DNA from: Halobacteroidaceae bacterium
GTDB lineage: Bacteria > Bacillota > Halanaerobiia > B1SED10-174
NCBI GenBank assembly: GCA_003554145.1
Contig: PWFS01000009.1
Coordinates: 1 to 55,475 of the forward strand
Length of the DNA stretch: 55,475 nucleotides
Direction of reading: 5' to 3'
Positions 18,306 through 27,384 of the stretch are shown in pieces (within the stretch, counting starts at the first letter, position 1; each line of letters opens with the position of its first letter). The position numbers and the translations under genes are program-made. Under the pieces are notes generated by a model that was given only the letters and a program-made list of their open reading frames with translations, did no database searches and was not told where the DNA came from.

Positions 18306-20720
18306 ATGGCCAAAAAGATAGGTTTTTCCGATTTGGAAAGCAAGTTTGAAAAATTATTAACTCCTTTCCAGTCAACCAATGAGATTATTCCCCTGCAGGA
18401 AATGATCGGACAGAACCGGGCGGTAAAAGCTGTAGAATTTGGGCTATCGGTAAAAAAGACCGGATATAACGTGTTTGTTTCCGGAGCACCGGGAACCGGG
18501 AAAATTACTTACATTAAAAACTATACCAACCGCCTGGCCAAAAAAGAAGAAACTCCCGAGGACTGGATTTATGTTCATAACTTCCATATGGCCGATCAAC
18601 CGATGGCCATCAACCTTCCCCCGGGGGAGGGTAGAAATTTCAGCAAGAAAATGGACCAGTTAATTGAAGAGGTTCAGGCTGAAATTAAGAAAACTTTTGA
18701 GGGTGAAGATTATGAACGCCAGAAAAGTGATCTATTAAAAAAATATAAGGATAAACAGCAGTCCATAATGAGCCAGCTGGATCAATCGGCCCGGGAAAAG
18801 GGTTTTATTATCCAGAAAAAAAGCACCGGGATTTTTACCATCCCTGCAAAAGATGGCCAGCCCATGAAACAGGAGGACTATGATCAGCTGAGCAAAGAAG
18901 AAAAGGATCGGCTTTCCCAGGTATCCCAGGAAGTCCAGGAAGAAGTTTCAGATGCCATGCGTCAGGTCCGCCAGATAGATCAGGAAGCCAAAAAAGCTCT
19001 TCAGGATCTGGATAAAAATATAGCCCATATGGCTGTAGACGATCCAATTAATGAACTGAAAGAAGAGAATTCCCAGTATGAAAAACTGGTTAAATACCTG
19101 GAAGCAGTCCGGGAGGATATCATTGAAAATATTGATGACTTTAAAGAAGGTGATGAGGAAGAGCCCCAACTGCCTTTCCTGAGCCGGCGCCAGGAGGATC
19201 CCCGTCGCAAATACCGGGTTAACCTGTTTATTGACAATTCCGAGCTGGAGGGGGCGCCAGTTATTCAGGAGAGCAACCCGACCTACACCAACCTGACAGG
19301 AAAAGCCGAATACCGGAACAGGATGGGAACGATGGAAACCGAATTCACCCTGCTTAAACCGGGCAGTCTGCATCAAGCCAATGGAGGTTATCTGATTATT
19401 CAGGCCCGGGATATTCTCAGCCATTATCAGGCCTGGGATGCTTTAAAAAGATCACTAAAAAATCAACGGGTAAAAATTGAAAATATTGGTGAGCATCTGG
19501 GTTACATGACCATGGCTACCTTAAAGCCCGAGGCCATCCCCCTGCGGGTTAAAGTAATACTGATTGGCAGCCCCTTATTTTACAATATCCTTTATCATTA
19601 TGATGAGGATTTTGGCAAGCTTTTTAAAATTAAAGCAGATTTTGACATTGAAATGGAAGCTGACCGGGAAAATGTTAACAAACTGGCTTCTTTTATTGCT
19701 ACCCACTGTCATCAGGAAGATCTGCTTCATTTTAACCGGGAGGGAGTTATAGCTATTGCGGAATACAGTTCGCGGATAGCCAGTCATCATGGCCGACTTT
19801 CCACCCGCTTTAATGAACTGGTGGAAATTATTTATGAAGCAGAGACCTATGCCCGACAGGAGGGCAAAAAAATCGTGGATCAGCAGGATGTACAGAAAGC
19901 AATTAAGGAAAAAACCTATCGTTTTAACCGGGTTGAATCCAAACTGCATACCATGATTGAAGAGGGGACCCTGCTTTTTGATTTTGATCAGGAAAAAGTG
20001 GGGCAGATCAATGGACTTTCGGTAAGCAACATGGGCGATTATCAATTTGGTCACCCGGTAAAAATTACCGCTAACACCTTTCTGGGTAAGGCAGGAATAG
20101 TAAATATTGAACGGGAAGTTAAAATGAGCGGGCAGATTCACAGCAAGGGAGTATTAATCTTAAGCGGTTACCTGGGTTACAGGTATGCCCAGGATACCCC
20201 CCTATCCCTTTCCGCCAGCCTTACCTTTGAGCAGATGTATTCGGGAATTGAAGGCGACAGTGCTTCAGCAGCGGAATTGTTTGCCCTGCTATCCAGCCTT
20301 TCTCAGACCCCAATCCAACAGAATTTTGCTGTAACGGGTTCGGTCAATCAAAAGGGAGAAATTCAACCTGTGGGTGGTATCACAGAAAAAGTTGAAGGCT
20401 TTTTCAATGCAACCCGGGTTCGGGGAATAAAGGAAGGGGCAGCGGTTATTATTCCCGAGGCCAATCGGAAAAACCTCCTCCTTTCTGAAGAAGTTAAAGA
20501 AGCAATTGCTGAAGATAAGTTTTCCATCCACTCCATAAAAACCGTTGATGAGGGAATTGAGCTGTTGACCGGAGAGAAGGCCGGTAAAATAAACAGTAAA
20601 GGACATTATCCCCGGGGAACTATTAATCTAAAAGTTCAGGAAAAATTGAGGGAAATGGCTCGTTATCATGAGAAACAAAAAGAGCTGACAGGAGAAGAGG
20701 AGGAAGAAGATCAAGAATAA
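18306..20720 (+). CDS. Lon-like serine protease with a coiled-coil insertion and degenerate AAA+ motifs (LonC-like)
   Basis: GAPGTGKITY, a non-canonical Walker A. About 180 aa of E/K/Q-rich coiled coil inserted after it. GGYLIIQARD where Walker B hhhhDE is expected. C-terminal Lon protease domain with GDSASAAE (Ser) and GGITEKVEGF (Lys). Confidence 0.8.
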   Translation: MAKKIGFSDLESKFEKLLTPFQSTNEIIPLQEMIGQNRAVKAVEFGLSVKKTGYNVFVSGAPGTGKITYIKNYTNRLAKKEETPEDWIYVHNFHMADQPMAINLPPGEGRNFSKKMDQLIEEVQAEIKKTFEGEDYERQKSDLLKKYKDKQQSIMSQLDQSAREKGFIIQKKSTGIFTIPAKDGQPMKQEDYDQLSKEEKDRLSQVSQEVQEEVSDAMRQVRQIDQEAKKALQDLDKNIAHMAVDDPINELKEENSQYEKLVKYLEAVREDIIENIDDFKEGDEEEPQLPFLSRRQEDPRRKYRVNLFIDNSELEGAPVIQESNPTYTNLTGKAEYRNRMGTMETEFTLLKPGSLHQANGGYLIIQARDILSHYQAWDALKRSLKNQRVKIENIGEHLGYMTMATLKPEAIPLRVKVILIGSPLFYNILYHYDEDFGKLFKIKADFDIEMEADRENVNKLASFIATHCHQEDLLHFNREGVIAIAEYSSRIASHHGRLSTRFNELVEIIYEAETYARQEGKKIVDQQDVQKAIKEKTYRFNRVESKLHTMIEEGTLLFDFDQEKVGQINGLSVSNMGDYQFGHPVKITANTFLGKAGIVNIEREVKMSGQIHSKGVLILSGYLGYRYAQDTPLSLSASLTFEQMYSGIEGDSASAAELFALLSSLSQTPIQQNFAVTGSVNQKGEIQPVGGITEKVEGFFNATRVRGIKEGAAVIIPEANRKNLLLSEEVKEAIAEDKFSIHSIKTVDEGIELLTGEKAGKINSKGHYPRGTINLKVQEKLREMARYHEKQKELTGEEEEEDQE

Positions 20721-20731
20721 GAGGGTGAAAA

Positions 20732-20757
20732 CCGCGGGGGTTATTTTTCCCCCGCGG
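20732..20757. other. GC-rich hairpin after the lon-like gene (terminator-like, but no T-run on the + strand)
   Basis: ccgcggggg / ttattttt / cccccgcgg. Confidence 0.4.
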
Positions 20758-20815
20758 CCTTAGCCGGAGAATTAAGCCTTTTCGGTTGGAGACTGGCCTG
20801 GAAGGAGGGAAAATC

Positions 20816-21295
20816 ATGGAAGAACTTATTATTATTGTGATTATTCTGGTCCTTGTCTTTGGCCTGGGAACGATACAACTGCTTCCTGAGAGAGAAATTC
20901 TCCCTGAGGAAGAAATTGCTGTTGGAAATATTGGTGGCGATGAAAACTTTGATTTTGCTGAAAAAGGGGATATCAATTTAGATTTCCGGGGGCATATCAG
21001 CGGCAACGCAACGGTCAATATTGAATCCGAGCGGGGAAATATCTATCTGCGCTTTAGAGAGCACATTACTGGGAACCCAGATTTGAATATAAAAGCCAGT
21101 CAAGGGCATATCTTTATCGGGTTTGAAAGTTTAGTTGAAGGCAATCCCAGTATCAGTATTGAAAGCCACGGGGATATTATTTTTGCCAATGACCGGTCGA
21201 CAATTGACGAATACAGGGAAAAAAATCTCCTGCAAGTAAAGGCGGGAGGTAGGATTTACTACGGGGACGATTCTTTTTTCCGCCGTTTCCGTTAA
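20816..21295 (+). CDS. Hypothetical membrane-anchored protein with three ~22-aa beta-solenoid-like repeats
   Basis: ATG at 20816 lies 7 nt after GGAGGG; the track start at 20786 is a TTG without an SD. TM helix LIIIVIILVLVFGLG. Repeats GHISGNATVNIESERGNIYLRF, EHITGNPDLNIKASQGHIFIGF and SLVEGNPSISIESHGDIIFAN. Confidence 0.6.
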   Translation: MEELIIIVIILVLVFGLGTIQLLPEREILPEEEIAVGNIGGDENFDFAEKGDINLDFRGHISGNATVNIESERGNIYLRFREHITGNPDLNIKASQGHIFIGFESLVEGNPSISIESHGDIIFANDRSTIDEYREKNLLQVKAGGRIYYGDDSFFRRFR

Positions 21296-21338
21296 GATTT
21301 TTGAAATTAATTAATTCGGGAAAACCCGGGGTGAAAAA

Positions 21339-21968
21339 ATGGCCAGAGAAAAAGCAGACTTTTTTATCCAGAGATTGAGGTCCTACTATGGTGAACCGAC
21401 AACCGCACTGGAATACTCCAGCCCTTTTCAACTTTTGCTGGCAGTAATTCTCTCGGCCCAGACCACTGATAAACAGGTTAACAAAGTTACTCCCCGGCTA
21501 TTTGCCCAATATCCCACTCCGGAAAAACTTGCTGCTGCCCACCCGGATGAACTGGAAAAATTAATCAGGGGGATTGGCCTTTTTAGGAATAAGGCTCGGG
21601 CCTTAATAAATACTGCCCAGATGCTTTTAAGAGATTTCAATGGTCAGGTTCCGGGAAGCAGAGAAGAGTTAATGTCCCTGCCGGGTGTGGGCAGGAAAAG
21701 TGCCAATGTGGTTCTGGCAGTTGCTTTTGCCCGGGCCAGCTTTCCCGTTGATACCCATGTTTTCCGGGTTTCCCGCCGCCTGGGTTTGAGCCAGGGGCAG
21801 ACCCCCGAACAGGTGGAAAAGGATGTTACCGCAATTTATCCGGAAAAAGAGTGGATAAAATTCCATCACCTTTTGATTTCCCATGGACGTGAAATATGTA
21901 AGGCGCGGCGTCCTCTCTGTTCCAGGTGCCCTGTCCAGAAAGAATGTCCCAGTTCTATTGCTGTATAA
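21339..21968 (+). CDS. nth: Endonuclease III (HhH-GPD DNA glycosylase with a 4Fe-4S cluster)
   Basis: LPGVGRKSANVVL HhH motif. C-terminal CKARRPLCSRCPVQKEC. Confidence 0.95.
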   Translation: MAREKADFFIQRLRSYYGEPTTALEYSSPFQLLLAVILSAQTTDKQVNKVTPRLFAQYPTPEKLAAAHPDELEKLIRGIGLFRNKARALINTAQMLLRDFNGQVPGSREELMSLPGVGRKSANVVLAVAFARASFPVDTHVFRVSRRLGLSQGQTPEQVEKDVTAIYPEKEWIKFHHLLISHGREICKARRPLCSRCPVQKECPSSIAV

Positions 21969-21969
21969 T

Positions 21970-21998
21970 TTGCCACAGAAATAAAAATATGGTATACT
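21970..21998 (+). promoter_or_regulatory. Sigma-A promoter of the gcv operon
   Basis: TTGCCA, 17-nt spacer, TATACT, with an extended -10 TGg. Confidence 0.7.
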
Positions 21999-22029
21999 TT
22001 TTCTGGATGTATTTATAAAGTTGGATGAA

Positions 22030-22194
22030 AGAAGCGGGAGAGTTCCCTCGAGGACACCGAAGGCGTAATTCAAAGATAGGCCAATTTTGAAGAAACGCTC
22101 AGGTCCAAGGACCGTTTCTGGACAGAACTCTGGAGAGACCAGGCAGCTGGTCACCGAAGGGGTAATTATAATCTCTCAGGTACCGGGGACAGAG
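22030..22194 (+). promoter_or_regulatory. Tandem glycine riboswitch (two aptamers)
   Basis: Aptamer 1 (22030-22119): GGAGAG...CACCGAAGG...CUCAGG..AAGGAC, with P1 agaagcg/cgtttct. Aptamer 2 (22128-22194): CUCUGGAGAG...CACCGAAGGGGUAA...CUCAGG...GGGGACAGAG. Located directly upstream of gcvT. Confidence 0.9.
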
Positions 22195-22231
22195 TGGTCG
22201 GCCAATAAGCCTGCTGTGTCCAATTTTATTT
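22187..22231 (+). terminator. Expression-platform terminator of the glycine riboswitch
   Basis: ggacagagtgg pairs with ctgctgtgtcc (one mismatch), followed by aattttattt. Its 5' arm overlaps the aptamer-2 P1 3' strand, consistent with ON-switch logic. Confidence 0.6.
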
Positions 22232-22246
22232 ATGGAGGTGTTTTTA

Positions 22247-23338
22247 TTGACCCGTAAAACCCCTCTTTACGACTGGCACGTGGAGCTGGGAGGGAAGGTA
22301 GTTGATTTTGCCGGCTATAAGCTGCCGGTGCAGTTTGATGGGATTATTGAAGAACATAAAGCAGTTCGGAATGGGGTGGGAATTTTTGATGTGTCCCACA
22401 TGGGAGAATTTGAATTCAAGGGCCCCCAGGCGCTGGAGGCGGTGCAAAAACTGATAGCCAACAATGCCGCCCGGCTAAAAGTGAATCAGATTCTTTATAC
22501 CCCCATGTGCTATCCCGATGGTGGAGTGGTTGATGATTTCCTGGTTTACCGCCTGGGGGAAGCTCGCTTCTTATTTGTAGTTAATGCTGCCAACCAGGAT
22601 AAGGACTGGGAATGGGTTCAGGAAAACACCGGGGAATTTGATGTGCAGATCACCAATCAATCCCTGGCCACCGGGCAGTTAGCCCTGCAGGGGCCCCGGG
22701 CCCAGGAACTTTTGCAAAAAGTTTATGATCACAACCTCGAGGAAATTAAGTTTTTCTGGGGTAATTCTGAGGGGCGAATTGCAGGGCAGGAATGCCTTGT
22801 TTCCCGCACCGGCTATACTGGAGAAGACGGTTTTGAAATTTATGCTCCCAATGACGGTATTGTGACGATTTTTGAAGCCATATGGGAGGCAGGAAAAGAG
22901 TTTGACCTGCAGCCCTGCGGTCTGGGGGCCCGTGATACACTTCGTTTTGAGGCTGGTTTGCCCCTGTACGGCCATGAACTGGGGCCCAAAATCAATCCCT
23001 TGGAGGCCCGCTTGAAAATATTTGTTGACCTGGAGAAGGATGATTTCATTGGTCGCGATGCCCTCCTGGAGGTAGCGGAAAAAGGCGTTGAAAGAAGAAT
23101 TGCAGGAATTGAAATGAAAGATAAAGGCATTCCCCGCCAGGGGTATCCTGTAGAGGTCAACGGGGAAGAAGTTGGATTTGTTACCAGCGGCACCTATTCG
23201 CCAACCCTGGAAAAAAATATGGGAATTGTGATGGTGAAAAAGGAATTTGCTAAAGCAGGTAGTAAATTAGATATTAGAATCAGAAAAAGGCTCCTGGGGG
23301 CCGAGGTAGTAAAAATACCATTTTACAAAAGGAGGTAG
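22247..23338 (+). CDS. gcvT: Glycine cleavage system T protein (aminomethyltransferase)
   Basis: TRKTPLYDWH...GIFDVSHMGE. The TTG at 22247 lies 8 nt after GGAGG; the ATG at 22232 sits inside the SD. Confidence 0.95.
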   Translation: MTRKTPLYDWHVELGGKVVDFAGYKLPVQFDGIIEEHKAVRNGVGIFDVSHMGEFEFKGPQALEAVQKLIANNAARLKVNQILYTPMCYPDGGVVDDFLVYRLGEARFLFVVNAANQDKDWEWVQENTGEFDVQITNQSLATGQLALQGPRAQELLQKVYDHNLEEIKFFWGNSEGRIAGQECLVSRTGYTGEDGFEIYAPNDGIVTIFEAIWEAGKEFDLQPCGLGARDTLRFEAGLPLYGHELGPKINPLEARLKIFVDLEKDDFIGRDALLEVAEKGVERRIAGIEMKDKGIPRQGYPVEVNGEEVGFVTSGTYSPTLEKNMGIVMVKKEFAKAGSKLDIRIRKRLLGAEVVKIPFYKRR

Positions 23339-23345
23339 TTGATTT

Positions 23346-23720
23346 ATGTATCCGGAGGAATTAAAGTACACTGAAGATCATGAATGGGTTCGAGTAGAGG
23401 ACGGCAAAGCTTATGTGGGGGTAACTCATTATGCCCAGGAACAGCTGGGAGACATTGTTTTTGTTGAGTTGCCCGATTTGGACGAAGAGTTTGAAATGGG
23501 CGATACCTTTGGGGTAGTGGAGTCAGTGAAAACTGTTTCCGACCTTTTCATGCCTTTGTCCGGAAAAGTAGTTGAGATTAATGAAGATCTTGAGGATTCT
23601 CCCGAGGTGGTTAATGAAGATCCGCACGGGGCAGGCTGGATTATTGCCATTGAGCTATCGGATAAGAGTCAACTGGATCAATTAATGGACAGTGAAACCT
23701 ATAAAAAAACTCTGGAGTAG
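23346..23720 (+). CDS. gcvH: Glycine cleavage system H protein (lipoyl carrier)
   Basis: YTEDHEWV...ESVKTVSD lipoyl-lysine motif. Confidence 0.95.
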   Translation: MYPEELKYTEDHEWVRVEDGKAYVGVTHYAQEQLGDIVFVELPDLDEEFEMGDTFGVVESVKTVSDLFMPLSGKVVEINEDLEDSPEVVNEDPHGAGWIIAIELSDKSQLDQLMDSETYKKTLE

Positions 23721-23728
23721 GTGGTAAA

Positions 23729-25078
23729 ATGAATCATCAATTTTTGCCCAACAACGAGGCTTCTCGCAAAGAAATGTTGGAGTCCATCGGGCTCAGTTCT
23801 ATTGAAGAACTTTTTGGATGTTGTATCCCGGAACAGGTACGTTTTAAGGGGGAGCTGGACCTGCCTGAACCCCTTTCCGAAATGGAAGCTCGCCGGCTTT
23901 TAACCCAGATTGCCAATGTTAATCGGCCTGCTTCTTCCATGGTTTCCTTTTTGGGAGGCGGGGTTGCTGACCACTATATTCCAGCAGCCATTGATCATAT
24001 TGTATCCCGCAGCGAATTCTACACCGCGTATACCCCTTATCAGGCCGAGGTTAGTCAGGGAACCCTGCAGAATATTTTTGAATTTCAGACCCTGATCTGC
24101 ATGCTGACCGGAATGGATGTGGCCAATGCGTCCATGTATGATGGAGCTTCAGCTCTGGCGGAGGGAGTTTTAATGGCTTCCGCCACCACCCGCCTGGATA
24201 AAATTGTTATCAGCCAGACTGTAAATCCCCAGTACCGGGAAACTGTGCAAACCTATGCTCAGGCTACCGGACTGGAGGTAGTAGAAATCCCCCATAAAGA
24301 GGGCCTGACTGATGTTGAAGCCATGGGGGAAGAAGTAGATGATCAGACAGCAGCAATTGTATTCCAGAACCCCAACTTTTTTGGTCAGGTTGAGGATCCT
24401 TTTCCCATCAGTGAACTAAAAGAAAAGGGCAAGAAAACCCTCCTGATCAGCGTAGTTGATCCAATTTCCCTGGGGGTGTTAGTTCCCCCGGGTGATTATG
24501 ATTGTGATATTGCCCTGGGTGAAGGGCAGCCTCTGGGCAATCCCGTCTCCTTTGGAGGTCCGCACCTGGGCTTTTTTGCGGCCACGCAAAAGCTGGTCCG
24601 AAAAATGCCAGGACGCTTGATTGGTCAGACCAAGGATGTTGATGGTCAGAGGGGTTTTGTTATGACCCTCCAGACCCGGGAGCAGCATATTCGCCGCCAC
24701 CGGGCTACCTCAAATATCTGCACCAATCAGGCCTTAAATGCCCTGGCTGCAGCAGCTTATCTTAATCTTATGGGCAAAGAAGGCCTGCAGGAGGTAGCTC
24801 AACATTGCCTGCAGAAGGCCAATTATCTCAAGGAGAAAATTGCAGCCCTGCCGGGGTACACTGTTCCCTTTGAAGGACCCAGTTTTAAGGAATTTGTGGT
24901 AAAGGCCAATCGTCCCTTTACTTCTATCCAGGAAAAGATGGTGGATCGCGGCTTCCTGCCCGGCATTCACCTTCAGCCCTATTATGAAGGCATGGAAGAC
25001 TGGTTCTTGGTCTGTGTAACAGAGAGCAGGACCCGGGATGAGTTAGATCGATTTGCTGCCGGATTGGAGGGAGTTTAG
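23729..25078 (+). CDS. gcvPA: Glycine dehydrogenase (decarboxylating) subunit 1
   Basis: FLGGGVADHYIPAAI and YTPYQAEVSQGTLQ motifs. Confidence 0.95.
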   Translation: MNHQFLPNNEASRKEMLESIGLSSIEELFGCCIPEQVRFKGELDLPEPLSEMEARRLLTQIANVNRPASSMVSFLGGGVADHYIPAAIDHIVSRSEFYTAYTPYQAEVSQGTLQNIFEFQTLICMLTGMDVANASMYDGASALAEGVLMASATTRLDKIVISQTVNPQYRETVQTYAQATGLEVVEIPHKEGLTDVEAMGEEVDDQTAAIVFQNPNFFGQVEDPFPISELKEKGKKTLLISVVDPISLGVLVPPGDYDCDIALGEGQPLGNPVSFGGPHLGFFAATQKLVRKMPGRLIGQTKDVDGQRGFVMTLQTREQHIRRHRATSNICTNQALNALAAAAYLNLMGKEGLQEVAQHCLQKANYLKEKIAALPGYTVPFEGPSFKEFVVKANRPFTSIQEKMVDRGFLPGIHLQPYYEGMEDWFLVCVTESRTRDELDRFAAGLEGV

Positions 25079-26533
25079 ATGAAGAATAAAGATCTGATTT
25101 TTGAAAAAAGCCGTCCGGGAAAAATTGGCTATTCCCTACCAGGACTTGATGTTCCCTCGAAAAATGATATCCTGCCGGAAAAGGTGCAGAGAAAAAACCC
25201 GGCCCCGCTGCCTGAAGTTGCAGAAGGAGAGGTTTTGCGCCACTATATTAATCTCTCTCAGTTAAATCACAGTGTGGATAACGGTTTTTATCCCCTGGGT
25301 TCCTGTACCATGAAATATAATCCCAAGATTAATGAAGATGTTTCCCGCCTGCCGGGTCTGGCCGGACTGCACCCCTATCAGAGTGAAGAAATGACCCAGG
25401 GTGCCCTGAAAATGATGCATGATCTGGAGAAGTACCTCTGTGAAATCGCAGGAATGGATCGACTTACTCTGCAACCTGCCGCCGGAGCCCACGGTGAACT
25501 AACCGGGCTGATGCTGATGCGGGCCTATCACCGCCACCGGGGCCAGGAGCAACGCAAGAAAATAATTATTCCTGATTCCGGCCATGGGACCAACCCGGCT
25601 TCGGTTACCATGGTTGACTATGAAACAGTGGAAATCCCCTCTTCTGAAACAGGCTGTGTTGATCTTGAAGCGCTGAAGGAAGTTCTGGATGATCAGGTGG
25701 CGGGTTTGATGATTACCAACCCCAATACCCTTGGGTTTTATGAATCCAATATTACCGAGATTTGCCGATTGGTTCGTGAGGCGGGAGGTCTCCTCTATTA
25801 TGATGGAGCCAATGCCAATGCGATAATGGGCTATTCTCGCCCGGGTGATATGGGTTTTGATATTATCCACTACAACCTGCACAAAACATTTGGAACTCCT
25901 CACGGAGGCGGAGGTCCCGGGTCGGGACCGGTAGGAGTCAAGGATAAGCTGATTCCCTTCCTGCCCTGTCCTTTAATTGAAGAAGAAGATGGACAGTATT
26001 TCTTCGATTATGACCGTCCCCAGTCCATTGGCCGGGTTCGCTCCTTTTTCGGTAATTTTGGAGTCCTGATTAAGGCCTACACCTATATAAGAATGATGGG
26101 GGCCCAGGGCTTGAAGCAGGTCAGCGAGGATGCAGTACTCAATGCCAATTATATAATGGAGAATCTGGCGGACACTTATTACCTGAAGTACCATCGCAAC
26201 TGCATGCACGAATTTGTCCTGTCGGGTAAAAAACAAAAAGATGAGCATGGAGTTACCACCACCGATATTGTTAAAAACCTCCTGGACCATGGAATACATC
26301 CCCCGACGGTATACTTCCCACTGATTGTGGAAGAGGCCATGATGATTGAGCCCACCGAGACTGAAAGCAAAGAAACATTGGATAGATTTATCGAAGTCAT
26401 GGAGGAAATCGCAAAAATGGCGGAGGAGGATCCGGAAAAATTAAAAGGAGCCCCTTATACTACCCCAGTTCGTCGTCTGGATGAAGCCGGGGCCGCCCGC
26501 AACCCCATTTTAAAGTGGGAACCAGAACAGTGA
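25079..26533 (+). CDS. gcvPB: Glycine dehydrogenase (decarboxylating) subunit 2
   Basis: [14 protein letters not shown]-lysine context HYNLHKTF. Confidence 0.95.
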   Translation: MKNKDLIFEKSRPGKIGYSLPGLDVPSKNDILPEKVQRKNPAPLPEVAEGEVLRHYINLSQLNHSVDNGFYPLGSCTMKYNPKINEDVSRLPGLAGLHPYQSEEMTQGALKMMHDLEKYLCEIAGMDRLTLQPAAGAHGELTGLMLMRAYHRHRGQEQRKKIIIPDSGHGTNPASVTMVDYETVEIPSSETGCVDLEALKEVLDDQVAGLMITNPNTLGFYESNITEICRLVREAGGLLYYDGANANAIMGYSRPGDMGFDIIHYNLHKTFGTPHGGGGPGSGPVGVKDKLIPFLPCPLIEEEDGQYFFDYDRPQSIGRVRSFFGNFGVLIKAYTYIRMMGAQGLKQVSEDAVLNANYIMENLADTYYLKYHRNCMHEFVLSGKKQKDEHGVTTTDIVKNLLDHGIHPPTVYFPLIVEEAMMIEPTETESKETLDRFIEVMEEIAKMAEEDPEKLKGAPYTTPVRRLDEAGAARNPILKWEPEQ

Positions 26534-27384
26534 TTAAAAACAGGGAACCGGCCGCAGACAACAGACTGCGGCCGGCTTCTTTAATTACCGGTACCCCTCC
26601 CCCCATATTTTTTTATCCGGAAAGAACCCGAACGGTCTCGGTCTCGGGAGGAGCATGTGCTTTAAATTGTGAACACTGCCGGGGCCATTTTTTGCAAAAC
26701 ATGACTCCTCTAAAAGAAGTACCCCCAAAAAGCGAAACTGATTATAACAGTCTGTTGATCAGTGGGGGCTGCGATAAAAATGGGCAGGTTTATTTGCCCT
26801 CAAAAGAAGACCTGGCCTGGCTGCAGGGGCAGGGCCCTCTGAACTTTCATGTGACCCTGCTTGACCGGAAGGGGCTGGATTTAATTGAGCCCTATGCTCA
26901 CACCATTTCTCATGATCTACACGGAAGTAACCGGGTAATTAAAAAAGTACTGGGACTTAAGAACCACTCTTTTTTAGATTATGCCCATTCCTATAAGCGG
27001 GTCTGGAGTCGGACCAGGGTCATTCCCCATATCCTGATCGGCCTGGAGGGAACTGATTTTTCCGGGGAAAAACTTGTTATTAAGCTCCTGGAAGAATATC
27101 CTCCTCCTGCTGTAGTTTTTCTGGTGTACATGCCCCGACTCCAATCTCCATTATTGCCCTCTCGGGTCCCGAACCTGGATGGAGTTCTTGAGTTTCTCCA
27201 GGAAGCCAAACAGAGCCTGTCTGGCCTTCCCCTGATTCTGGGCTGTATGCGCCCCGGGGGGAAATACCGGGTAGAACTGGATCGAAGGGCCCTGGCCCTG
27301 GGTTTTGCCGGGATAGTGCAACCGGCAATTCCTGGCCAAAACCCGATCATCAGCGAGGAGTGCTGTGCTTTATGGGAATGGTAG
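26515..27384 (+). CDS. Radical SAM protein, BioB/LipA-related (LipS1/LipS2-type lipoyl synthase component candidate)
   Basis: CxxxCxxC motif in [19 protein letters not shown] start at 26515, or at 26530 as a GTGA overlap with the gcvPB stop. No in-frame start lies between the hairpin and the Cys motif. Confidence 0.75.
   Translation: MGTRTVIKNREPAADNRLRPASLITGTPPPIFFYPERTRTVSVSGGACALNCEHCRGHFLQNMTPLKEVPPKSETDYNSLLISGGCDKNGQVYLPSKEDLAWLQGQGPLNFHVTLLDRKGLDLIEPYAHTISHDLHGSNRVIKKVLGLKNHSFLDYAHSYKRVWSRTRVIPHILIGLEGTDFSGEKLVIKLLEEYPPPAVVFLVYMPRLQSPLLPSRVPNLDGVLEFLQEAKQSLSGLPLILGCMRPGGKYRVELDRRALALGFAGIVQPAIPGQNPIISEECCALWEW
26548..26575 (+). other. Perfect 10-bp GC-rich hairpin just past the gcvPB stop, inside the 5' end of the next CDS
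   Basis: ccggccgcag / acaacaga / ctgcggccgg followed by cttctttaatt. Confidence 0.6.

Noticed and set aside
20732-20757. GC-rich hairpin after the lon-like gene, considered as a canonical intrinsic terminator
   Set aside because: No T-tract follows it on the + strand (ccttagcc). It is kept only as a hairpin of uncertain function.
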